From: an uncultured delta proteobacterium
Lineage (GTDB): Bacteria; Desulfobacterota; Syntrophia; Syntrophales; Fen-1087
NCBI GenBank assembly: GCA_963743175.1
Contig: CAVUOQ010000015.1
Coordinates: forward strand, 8,220 to 72,219
Direction: 5' to 3'
Length of the DNA stretch: 64,000 nucleotides
In this document: one piece after another, positions 49,547 through 60,145 of the stretch
Position numbering within the stretch: the first letter of the stretch is position 1
Layout: every line of letters starts with the position of its first letter
Made by a program: the position numbers and the translations under genes
Notes under the pieces: generated by a model
Databases searched by the model: none
The model's input: only the letters and a program-made list of their open reading frames with translations
What the model was told of the DNA's origin: nothing

Positions 49547-50266
49547 TCAGATGAGTTCAAGATTTCCCCATGCGCCCAATTCTTTTCCGATAATAATCAC
49601 TATGCCGAGCACATCCCTGATTTGAGAACCGAAGGCCAGCGCTTTCTTGATATCCTTTAGCGTTTTCACCCGGTTTCCAATGGCCGTCGCCGCGGCGTCG
49701 GCGAGAGCCACGGACCGTGACTTTACGCAGACGGCGTCTGCCCTGCCAAAACTCAGCGATGGTCCAACCGTGGCCGATGAGGTACAGACACCACTGGGAG
49801 TCTCCTCCGGGCGGATCCTGATGGCCAGTTTATGACTAAAGGGAGACTCTCCGGCAAAGATGCCGATTTTTACTTCCTCATTACATTTCAGGAAGATATC
49901 TCCTCCATTTTCAACAATAACATTAGGGGTAAGCCTCAGGAGATCCTGGCCGACATGCTGGGCCATGGCGCCGGCCACGGCAGCCATCGGCCCGACACCG
50001 GCCAACTGGGCAGCGTTGAGCATGTCCCGGACAATATCCGGCGCCAGATCGTTATTCTTAAGAGGATTCAGTGCGCCTAAAAAATCCGGATGGCTGGCAA
50101 TATAGGCTTCCAGATGGGCCCGATGGCGATGCACGGACTGAAGTGCGGCCTGTTTTAATTCGATGTCGGAGCTGATGAATAGATCTGTTTCACGGACAGT
50201 TACCTGGTATGATTGCAGGTTGTTCTTTAAGATATGGTGACGATAGGTTCTTTCCAGATATTGCAT
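49547..50266 (-). CDS. UPF0280 (ApbE-like superfamily) protein
   Basis: ETDLFISSD ... VGPMAAVAGAMAQ ... VENGGDIFL pattern. Start taken at MQYLERTYR (50266), because the longer ORF start lies inside the MITE terminus. Confidence 0.7.
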   Translation of the reverse strand: MQYLERTYRHHILKNNLQSYQVTVRETDLFISSDIELKQAALQSVHRHRAHLEAYIASHPDFLGALNPLKNNDLAPDIVRDMLNAAQLAGVGPMAAVAGAMAQHVGQDLLRLTPNVIVENGGDIFLKCNEEVKIGIFAGESPFSHKLAIRIRPEETPSGVCTSSATVGPSLSFGRADAVCVKSRSVALADAAATAIGNRVKTLKDIKKALAFGSQIRDVLGIVIIIGKELGAWGNLELI

Positions 50267-50288
50267 AAAGAAAAGATTCCCCTGGTGA

Positions 50289-50453
50289 GAGCTTTGCATA
50301 ACCGCTGAAAAATGGTTCGCAAGCGGCGAATCAAATGTTTTCCGCCTTTCCAGAGATTAGATTAACGGCTCCTCATGAATCATGATTACGTCTGGTTGTT
50401 CTCTTAGCGGAAAAAATTTTTGAGTCGCGGCGAAGCCATTTTTCAAAGGTCTC
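50289..50453 (+). mobile_element. MITE-like element, full copy
   Basis: 165 bp. TGGTG occurs on both sides (50283-50287 and 50455-59). The element abuts the dnaE stop region. Confidence 0.8.
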
Positions 50454-50459
50454 GTGGTG

Positions 50460-53400
50460 TCATCTGAATTGGGTCGCGCCGGCGCCAAGAATTCTGTCAG
50501 CTTCCTCTTTGAGCTGGTCGGAGGGTGCAAACAAGACATTTTTTCCCAGATGAATCACCGTTTCAGACTGATCATCGAGCAGGTGAATATACCCCTCCGC
50601 CTTGCCTGGATACTTTTTCAATACATTCCGGAGCGACTCGAGGTCATGATCCGCCAGTCGCGTCGTATTAAAACGGAAGCTGGCTGTTTGAAAAGGATGA
50701 TCCATGGCCTCGGAAAGCGGCAGGGCCTCTGTCGCAATCACCTTGATGCTGTCTTCGCCCACATCAACAACGCCTTTGATCAGGACCGGTTCCTCGCCGT
50801 GCAGCAGAACATAGGCCTTTCGATAAACGTCCGCAAAGAAAATCACCGTGATCGACCCTTTCAGATCTTCAAAGGTCACATAGGCCATCAGATCTTTTTT
50901 CTTGGTTGTCACCTCACGGATATTGCTGACCACACCGACAAACCGGACCTCCTCCTTGTCTTTTTTCTCAAGGATTGCCTCGGTATCGGTATTGGCGACC
51001 ATCGCCAGCCGCTCTGTAAACCTGGAAAGCGGATGGCCTGTAATATAGAAACCAAGCATTTCTTTTTCATGGGCAAGCAGCTCCCCGGATTCCCACTCCG
51101 GAATATTGTGCAGGATGGCATTTTCCAAGTGATCCGGATCAGCGCTCTCTTTCTTTTCAAGCTGATCAAAAATGCTGGACTGGCCGCTGCTCTTTTCCCG
51201 ATGACGGCGTTGCGCCAGTTCCATGATTTCTTCATAGGAGGACATCAATGGCCGCCTCTTATAACCCATGGCATCAAAAGCGCCGCACTTGATGAGGCTT
51301 TCGATGACCCTTTTGTTCACCTTCCGGAGGTCCACCTGCTCGCAGAAATGATTAAAAGAACGAAATTTCCCAAGACGGTCCCGGGCCTCGATAATGGTGT
51401 CTATGGCCCCGACCCCCACATTTTTGACCGCGGAAAGACCAAAGCGGATCTGGTCTCCGGAAACGCTGAAATCTCTGTGAGATTCGTTAATATCGGGTGG
51501 CAGGACAAATATTCCCATGTCCTTGCAGGCCGCAATATGCTTGATGATTTTATCTCGATTGTCTTTTTCGCTGGTCAGCAGGGCGGCCATGAATTCCGCC
51601 GGATAGTGCGCCTTCAGGTAGGCTGTCTGGTAGGAGATCATGGCATAGGCCGTACTGTGCGACTTGTTAAAGCCGTACTGTGCGAACGTCTCCATCCTGT
51701 CCCAGATTTTTCTGGCTTTTTGCTCGGCTATTTTTCTTATTTTTGCCCCTGAGAGAAACTTCGGTTTCTCTTTTTCCATCTCCTCGGCTTTTTTCTTGCT
51801 CATGACCTTCCGGAGCGTATCGGCCTCGGCCATCGTATAATTGCCGATGGCGCCGGCAATCTGCATGACCTGCTCCTGATAAACGATAACCCCGTAGGTT
51901 TCCTTCAAAATGGCTTCCAGTTCGGGCAGTTCGTAGACGATTTTGGTCTTGCCCTGCTTGCGCGAAATAAACTCCGGAACCATATTCATCGGTCCCGGAC
52001 GGTAAAGGGCGATCAGAGCGATCACATCCTCAATGCAATCGGGTCTCATGCTGACCAGAATATCCTTCATGCCCGGGCTTTCCAGCTGAAAAACACCGTC
52101 CGTATCGCCGCGCATGAGCAGTTGATAGGTTTTTTCGTCGTCCAGGGGCAGCGATTCCATATCAATCTCTTCCCCCCTGCCTTCATTGATAAATCGAAGG
52201 GCATTCTTGATCACCGTCAGCGTTTTCAGGCCCAGAAAATCAAATTTGGTCAGGCCGATGGTCTCAATATCTTTCATGGCGAATTGCGTGACAATGTCGT
52301 CCTTCGGTGCGCACAGGGGAACCCTTTCGACCAGGGGCATATCGGAAATAACGACGCCGGCGGCATGCGTGGAGGCGTGACGGTTCAAGCCTTCCAGCGC
52401 CCGGGATAGGGAAAGCAGCTTCCTGACCTTTGGATTGTTTTTCCCCTCTTCCTGCAGGCGGGGTTCCATTTTCAGGGCGTCATCCAGCGTAATATTCAGG
52501 ACATTCGGCACCATCTTGGCAATGGCGTCCACCTCTCCATAGGGCATGTTGAGCGCCCGGCCTACGTCCCGGATGACCGCCCTGGCCTGCATCTTGCCAA
52601 AGGTGATGATCTGGGAAACCCTGTCTTTTCCGTATTTTTCCGTTACATAGCGGATGATTTCATCGCGCCCTTCCTGGCAGAAATCGATATCGATGTCCGG
52701 CATGCTGATCCGGTCCGGATTCAGGAAACGCTCAAAAAACAGTCCGTAACGGATCGGGTCGATGCTGGTAATGCCGAGGGCGTAGGCCACGAGACTTCCG
52801 GCCGCGGAGCCCCGTCCGGGGCCGACAGGAATATGACTTTGTTTTGCGTAATGAACAAAGTCGGAAACAATGAGAAAGTATCCGGCAAACCCCATGGATT
52901 TGATCATATCCAGCTCTTCCCGCAGACGTTTTTCGTATTTTTCCCAAGGCGATCCGTTCTGCTTACCTTTGAGAATCTGGGGCATCAGCCCGCGGAGGCC
53001 TGTTTCGGCCTTGTCTTTCAGAACATCATCGAGGTTTTCATCGGGAGATATTTCGAAATGCGGGAGGAAAAAATGACCGAATTCCAGTGTCAGGTTACAT
53101 CTTTCCGCAATCCTGACCGTATTTTCGATGGCTTCCGGACATTTCTGAAACAGACGTCTCATGTCTTCCGGTGAGCGAAGATAGAACTGATCCGTGCCGA
53201 ACCGCATCCGGTCCTTATCTTCGATGGTCTTGCCGGTTTGGATGCAAAGCAGCACCTCGTGCGCCTCTGAATCCTCCCGGTTGATATAATGGCAGTCATT
53301 TGTGGCCACCAGGGGGATGGAAAGTTCGCGGCTTAATTCAATCAGTCCCTCATTGACAACGGTTTGTTCCGGCAGACCATTTTCCATTATTTCCAGAAAA

Positions 53401-53921
53401 AAATTCTCCGGCCCAAAGATTGCCTGATATTCTCTGGCCGCCTGCCGGGCCCCATCCCTGTTGCCCCGGAGCAAAAAGTCGGCAATTTCTCCATGGAGGC
53501 AGGCGCTCAGGCCGATCAGGCCTTCATGGTGGTCTTTGAGGATCTCCTTATCGATCCGGGGTTTATAATAAAATCCCTCGAGGTAGCCTGCCGTGGTCAG
53601 CTTCATGAGGTTTTTATACCCCTGCATGTTTTTCACAAGCACCAGCAGATGCCTGGCCGATTCACCGGCATGATGGCTGTTTTTCTCGAAACGGCTCTTC
53701 GGCGCGACGTAAAGCTCACAGCCGATAATGGGCTTGATTCCGTGCTTATATGCCCGCTGATAAAAACCGATCGCCCCGAACATATTGCCATGATCGGTCA
53801 TCGCAATGGCCGGCATCTGGTATTCCTTGGCCTTGTTCAGCAGATCATCAATACGGATGGTGCCGTCCAGAAGGCTGTACTGGGTATGGACGTGCAGGTG
53901 AACAAAATCGGCATGTTTCAT
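50460..53921 (-). CDS. dnaE: DNA polymerase III alpha subunit
   Basis: PHP domain (FVHLHVHTQYSLLDG) and polymerase core (GPGRGSAAGS, FLNPDRISMPDIDIDF), 1153 aa. Confidence 0.97.
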   Translation of the reverse strand: MKHADFVHLHVHTQYSLLDGTIRIDDLLNKAKEYQMPAIAMTDHGNMFGAIGFYQRAYKHGIKPIIGCELYVAPKSRFEKNSHHAGESARHLLVLVKNMQGYKNLMKLTTAGYLEGFYYKPRIDKEILKDHHEGLIGLSACLHGEIADFLLRGNRDGARQAAREYQAIFGPENFFLEIMENGLPEQTVVNEGLIELSRELSIPLVATNDCHYINREDSEAHEVLLCIQTGKTIEDKDRMRFGTDQFYLRSPEDMRRLFQKCPEAIENTVRIAERCNLTLEFGHFFLPHFEISPDENLDDVLKDKAETGLRGLMPQILKGKQNGSPWEKYEKRLREELDMIKSMGFAGYFLIVSDFVHYAKQSHIPVGPGRGSAAGSLVAYALGITSIDPIRYGLFFERFLNPDRISMPDIDIDFCQEGRDEIIRYVTEKYGKDRVSQIITFGKMQARAVIRDVGRALNMPYGEVDAIAKMVPNVLNITLDDALKMEPRLQEEGKNNPKVRKLLSLSRALEGLNRHASTHAAGVVISDMPLVERVPLCAPKDDIVTQFAMKDIETIGLTKFDFLGLKTLTVIKNALRFINEGRGEEIDMESLPLDDEKTYQLLMRGDTDGVFQLESPGMKDILVSMRPDCIEDVIALIALYRPGPMNMVPEFISRKQGKTKIVYELPELEAILKETYGVIVYQEQVMQIAGAIGNYTMAEADTLRKVMSKKKAEEMEKEKPKFLSGAKIRKIAEQKARKIWDRMETFAQYGFNKSHSTAYAMISYQTAYLKAHYPAEFMAALLTSEKDNRDKIIKHIAACKDMGIFVLPPDINESHRDFSVSGDQIRFGLSAVKNVGVGAIDTIIEARDRLGKFRSFNHFCEQVDLRKVNKRVIESLIKCGAFDAMGYKRRPLMSSYEEIMELAQRRHREKSSGQSSIFDQLEKKESADPDHLENAILHNIPEWESGELLAHEKEMLGFYITGHPLSRFTERLAMVANTDTEAILEKKDKEEVRFVGVVSNIREVTTKKKDLMAYVTFEDLKGSITVIFFADVYRKAYVLLHGEEPVLIKGVVDVGEDSIKVIATEALPLSEAMDHPFQTASFRFNTTRLADHDLESLRNVLKKYPGKAEGYIHLLDDQSETVIHLGKNVLFAPSDQLKEEADRILGAGATQFR

Positions 53922-53948
53922 GGGGCTGCTCTAAATTTTCGTCAAACC

Positions 53949-54114
53949 GAGATCTTTGAAAAATGGCTTCGCCGCGGCTCAAAATCTTTTTCGCTGAAAA
54001 TATGAGAATGCTTAAATATGTTTGAAATTAATAAATTAGTCTAATTGCTGGAAAGTCGAAAAATCTTTGATTCACCGCTTGCGAACCATTTTTCACCGGT
54101 TATGCAGAGTTCTC
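53949..54114 (-). mobile_element. MITE-like element, full copy in reverse orientation (same AT-rich core variant as 9245-9408)
   Basis: Reverse complement of the 9245-9408 copy with few differences. Lies between the dnaE start and the guaB stop. Confidence 0.8.
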
Positions 54115-54121
54115 AAAGCGT

Positions 54122-56087
<1,966 letters not shown>

Positions 56088-56099
56088 TGGGAAAAACTC

Positions 56100-56549
56100 C
56101 TAAAATATTTTTTTACTGTCAAGCAACATCGTTACCGGACCATCATTGACGATTTCCACCTTCATCATCGCCTGAAACTCGCCGCCGGCCACGCAGGCAA
56201 CTCTTTCAGCAGCCTTTTTGATAAAATATTGATAAAGGTCCTTTGCCGGTCCGGGGTCTTCCGCGCCGGTAAAGGAGGGTCTTCTCCCTTTTCGGCAATC
56301 GCCGAGCAGGGTAAACTGGGAAACCACCAGCATCCCACCGGCGACATCCAGCAGGGAGAGATTCATTTTTCCCTCTCTGTCTGCGAAGATGCGGAGGTGG
56401 ATTGTTTTTTCGAGCAGGATGTCGGCATCCCCGGTCGTATCGCCTTTTTCTATTCCAAGGAATACCAGCAGACCCGCTCCGATATGCGAAATGATGTGAT
56501 TACTCACAGAAACAGAAGCCCTATCAACTCTCTGGATCACCAACCGCAT
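56100..56549 (-). CDS. dtd: D-aminoacyl-tRNA deacylase
   Basis: MRLVIQRV N-terminus, SQFTL and GRRPSF motifs, VNDGPVT C-terminus. Confidence 0.93.
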   Translation of the reverse strand: MRLVIQRVDRASVSVSNHIISHIGAGLLVFLGIEKGDTTGDADILLEKTIHLRIFADREGKMNLSLLDVAGGMLVVSQFTLLGDCRKGRRPSFTGAEDPGPAKDLYQYFIKKAAERVACVAGGEFQAMMKVEIVNDGPVTMLLDSKKIF

Positions 56550-56651
56550 AAGCCGTTTTCCTTCAAACGCGGCGCATGTTAGCAATAAAGAGAGCCCGCT
56601 TCAAGTCTTTTCTCTTGAATGGATGCGATTGATTGATTGAGGGGTCGGGAT

Positions 56652-58238
56652 TTACCGCCTGCCCATGATTTCCGTTACGGCAAGCGTTGCGATATCCATG
56701 AATTTACTGGTTTTTACATTATCCGGAGTGATCATGTCGATAATGCGGCTGTAAGAATTCTCAACAAGAATTTCACGGTCCTGATCAGTACGTCTGATTC
56801 CGTAGCGGATACCGGCTTTCTCCTCCACGGTCAGTTTGTTCATTAAATTTTTTGTTGTCCAGATGGCGCCATAGCGCGCAAAGTCGGACAAACGACCGGC
56901 ATAATTGACGGAGTCGCCCAGGGCCGTAAATTCAACACTGGGGGCTGAGGGGATCGTGCCAAAATATTCCTGCCCCTCGTTGATGCCGACATTGAGATAG
57001 AGTTCATTCAACCAGCCCCTTCGTATTTTCCATTCCATATTCAATTTCTTAATGTTTTCACGTATTTCAAGCGCACAGGACACGGCGTTCATCAAATATT
57101 GATTATCCCGCTCCTTGAGAAAATAATAGAGCATCCCGTCTCCCGTATGCTTTCCGTAGGTACCATAGTACTGCTTGAAGGAACCTTCCACGCAGGCCCA
57201 CATCTGATTGATCAGTTCAAAATATTCCTCGGGGGGAAGTTCGGCGCAGATCCGGACCGAATTCTGCAGGTCGGCGACGAGCACACAAAAGGAAACCAGG
57301 GTCGGCATCCGCTGCCTGAGCAAATCATTGATGACCCTGGAGCGGCAGGAAAACAGATCCATAATACCCTGAGCGGAACTTTCCATCGGGGCATGAATGA
57401 AGAGTGTGCCTTCCCGGAAGGCCATGTAATAGGCATCATTGGAGATCAGGGTCCCCTCATGATCGCATAGTTTCAGGAAAGCCTTGTTGACGGTCTGCCT
57501 GGGACGCATTTCAATTTTATCGTATCTCTGTTTGAGGTTTTCCGCCTCGTTCAGAGAAATACCTTCATATAGTTTGTCCAGATCGGACTTTGCTACCTTT
57601 TCCTTCACAAAACCCAGATGAAAATCGAAGAAATCGTGCTGTTTCTGTCGGTGCTCAGATGCGTTACGCATCAGCAGGCGCAGGATATTCCTTGCCGACG
57701 GTTCCTTGATTGCACGTATTTTCTGTTGAAAAATCGCGTTCTCCGCAGCCGCATTAATCCAGTCGATCTCAAAACTGTTATTCAACAAATAAGCAGGACA
57801 AGCGATATCGTTTATTGTCAAATTTAATGGTTCTATGGTTTCCTTCGGCATCATCCGGGAAACGGTCTGTTCAGATTGAATGAATTTTTCTCCGGCGGGT
57901 ACATTATCCGTCCTTGATTCGTCCTGCGCTTTCGTCTCTCCTCGTGTTGCGGTTTGGTCGGCCTTCTTAAGCTTGTCGATGATGGCATCCATGGAATAAC
58001 CCTGTTTTTTTAAATTCTTGATCTGTTCAATTATATCAATTACAGTCTCTGGAAAATAACCGAGCATGCGGGCTCGAACCGAGGCTTCCCCGGGTTTTTT
58101 GACATCCGGCCTGGGCAGAATATTCATTTTAATGTAGTTATTGAGTGTTGCCCGGGATATCTTTGTTTTATCTATGATATCGAGGCTGCTTATCCATCTG
58201 ACTTGTACCTGCTGATTACCCTCATCCATCGCGATCAC
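56652..58238 (-). CDS. class III adenylate/guanylate cyclase with an N-terminal MerR-like HTH and a central sensor-like region
   Basis: N-terminus ISRATLNNYIKMNILPRP ... IKNLKKQGYSMDAIIDKL (MerR-type). C-terminus VADLQNS, HTGDGMLYYF and LGDSVNYAGRL (metal Asp pair, Asn/Arg). Confidence 0.8.
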   Translation of the reverse strand: MIAMDEGNQQVQVRWISSLDIIDKTKISRATLNNYIKMNILPRPDVKKPGEASVRARMLGYFPETVIDIIEQIKNLKKQGYSMDAIIDKLKKADQTATRGETKAQDESRTDNVPAGEKFIQSEQTVSRMMPKETIEPLNLTINDIACPAYLLNNSFEIDWINAAAENAIFQQKIRAIKEPSARNILRLLMRNASEHRQKQHDFFDFHLGFVKEKVAKSDLDKLYEGISLNEAENLKQRYDKIEMRPRQTVNKAFLKLCDHEGTLISNDAYYMAFREGTLFIHAPMESSAQGIMDLFSCRSRVINDLLRQRMPTLVSFCVLVADLQNSVRICAELPPEEYFELINQMWACVEGSFKQYYGTYGKHTGDGMLYYFLKERDNQYLMNAVSCALEIRENIKKLNMEWKIRRGWLNELYLNVGINEGQEYFGTIPSAPSVEFTALGDSVNYAGRLSDFARYGAIWTTKNLMNKLTVEEKAGIRYGIRRTDQDREILVENSYSRIIDMITPDNVKTSKFMDIATLAVTEIMGRR

Positions 58239-58499
58239 CTGTACAGTCCATTTATAAATTTAAGAAAAAGCGCCTTTTACGCCTTATTGCGGCACCCTTA
58301 TACAGTATAAAAAATGACTTGTCAAGTAAAAAATATACAGTACAGAAAATATGTTTGCACTGTCTAACGTATTTTGTTTCTTATGTCAAATATATCATTT
58401 GAACTGCATAAGTAAATAAATCAATTAAGAATTTATTTCCACAATGTTTGAAAGAGATTCACTTGTGGCAAACATCAAAGTGTGTTATCCCCTGTCGCG

Positions 58500-59846
58500 A
58501 TGAAAAAAAATATTCTACTGATCAATCCCTGGATATATGATTTTGCCGCCTACGACTTCTGGCTGGCGCCGCTCGGCCTGTTGTCACTGGCAGCCTTTCT
58601 CAGAGAAAGCGGTTATGGCGTTCAGGTGATTGATTGTCTAAGACGTTCCGTGCAGGCTTCTCCCCTTCCCCGGATAGAGAAACCGCCCCGGCGCTTTCCT
58701 GCCGGTCATGGCCATTTTTTCAAAGAACCCTTTCCGAAGCCCGCTCCGCTTCATGCGGTTCCAAAGCGATACAACCGGTACGGCATCACGGAGACGGAAC
58801 TCCGCAAGGGTTTGCAGGCAATCAGGAAGCCTGAACTGATTCTGGTCACATCGATGATGACCTACTGGTACCCTGCCGTCTTCGATACAATCAGGATACT
58901 GAAGGAGGAAATCCCGGGCGTTCCGGTCATCCTGGGCGGAAATTATGTTACCCTGTGCGCGGAACACGCGCAAGGGTCAGGGGCGGATCGCCTTGTCATC
59001 GGGGAGGGTGAAATTCAACTGCCTGAAATATTGAAAGATTATCTTGGGAACGATAACGCCTTTAAGGTTGATCCCGATGATCTGGATTCCTACCCCTACC
59101 CTGCTTATGATCTGTATGAACATCAGGAACAGATTTCCATTATGACTTCGAGGGGCTGTCCTTTCCGTTGCAGCTACTGTGCCTCGCACCGGATCAATCC
59201 CCGCTACAGGCGTCGAAACCCTATCAAAGTGGCGGATGAGATTGCATACTGGCACAGGATATACGGGGTATGCCATTTCTCCTTTTATGATGATGCCTTG
59301 CTGATTGATCCGGAAGGGATGGCCATCCCCCTGTTGAAAGAAATCATAAAGCGGGGGTTGACCTGTCAATTCCACTGCCCCAATGGCCTGCATTTGCGGG
59401 AGGTGACCCCGGAGCTGGCCAGGCTGATGTTCCGGGCAGGTTTCCGCACGATTCGATTCGGTTTCGAAACCGCAGATGTGCAACGTCAGCTGGACACGGG
59501 GGGAAAAGTCACCAACGAACACCTTGAACGCGCCGTGGCGTACCTGCGGGAAGCAGGGTATGAACCCCGGGATATCGGGATCTATCTGCTCTGCGGCCTG
59601 CCCGGACAATCTGCGGTTGAAGTCCATGAAGCAATAAAGCATGTGCAGCGTTGCGGCGCGAGACCCGTCATCGCGGAATATTCGCCCATTCCCGGCACGG
59701 CCCTCTGGGATGCTTCCGTTGAAGCATCACCTTATCCGATCGCCGAGGAACCCCTGTTTCACAACAACTCCCTCCTTCCATGCCAGAGTAGTCTTCTGAC
59801 CTTTGAAATGTACCAGGATCTGAAACGGCTGACGAGAATGTCTTGA
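58500..59846 (+). CDS. B12-binding-domain radical SAM protein
   Basis: N-terminal cobalamin-binding-like domain and SRGCPFRCSYCAS (CxxxCxxC). Confidence 0.85.
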   Translation: MKKNILLINPWIYDFAAYDFWLAPLGLLSLAAFLRESGYGVQVIDCLRRSVQASPLPRIEKPPRRFPAGHGHFFKEPFPKPAPLHAVPKRYNRYGITETELRKGLQAIRKPELILVTSMMTYWYPAVFDTIRILKEEIPGVPVILGGNYVTLCAEHAQGSGADRLVIGEGEIQLPEILKDYLGNDNAFKVDPDDLDSYPYPAYDLYEHQEQISIMTSRGCPFRCSYCASHRINPRYRRRNPIKVADEIAYWHRIYGVCHFSFYDDALLIDPEGMAIPLLKEIIKRGLTCQFHCPNGLHLREVTPELARLMFRAGFRTIRFGFETADVQRQLDTGGKVTNEHLERAVAYLREAGYEPRDIGIYLLCGLPGQSAVEVHEAIKHVQRCGARPVIAEYSPIPGTALWDASVEASPYPIAEEPLFHNNSLLPCQSSLLTFEMYQDLKRLTRMS

Positions 59847-59908
59847 CAGGAGATTACAAATTTTGTGATAATGTCTCTACGAGGCTCGCTTTCCCTCAGC
59901 AACATTTT

Positions 59909-60139
59909 ATGTTTATGATGAAAACTTATTCCTGGTGGTTCAAACAGGCGGTCATAGCGATTCTGTCCATCTTCTTTCTCATCCTGGGCGTGGAGACGCT
60001 CGTTGCCTCCTATCGCCTGGCAAATCCGTTGAACTTCATCATGGCCTTTTTCTCGGCCAGTCTGATCATCCTCATGAGTATCGTCGGTATCCTTTACCCT
60101 CTTGTCCAGGTGTATATCCTGCTGAAGCCAAAGCAATGA
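59909..60139 (+). CDS. small membrane protein (two TM helices), hypothetical
   Basis: Hydrophobic 76-aa product. A possible TTGACA...TGATAA promoter lies at 59843-59871. No family recognised. Confidence 0.4.
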   Translation: MFMMKTYSWWFKQAVIAILSIFFLILGVETLVASYRLANPLNFIMAFFSASLIILMSIVGILYPLVQVYILLKPKQ

Positions 60140-60145
60140 TCCGAT

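Noticed and set aside
50267-50299. Longer start (MQSSHQGNLFF...) for the UPF0280 gene, and similar outward-facing ATGCAAAGCTC mini-ORFs at other element copies (for example 28732-28749 MQSSH*, 54102-54125)
   Set aside because: The ATG and first codons are part of the repeat terminus itself (TTGCATAACC reversed). The mini-ORFs are 5-35 codons long with no SD and no conserved product. The family-typical N-terminus starts at MQYLERTYR.
3743-54114. The recurring 165-bp element as a CRISPR array or tandem repeat
   Set aside because: Copies are kilobases apart and separated by genes rather than spacers. They are 165 bp long with internal inverted symmetry and occur on both strands. No cas genes are present.
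59843-59908. TTG start at 59843 for the small membrane protein (98-aa ORF)
   Set aside because: It overlaps the radical-SAM stop and encodes a non-hydrophobic, Cys/Phe-rich extension. The hydrophobic protein plausibly starts at the MFMMK methionines (59909-59918), and the segment looks more like a promoter (TTGACA ... TGATAA).
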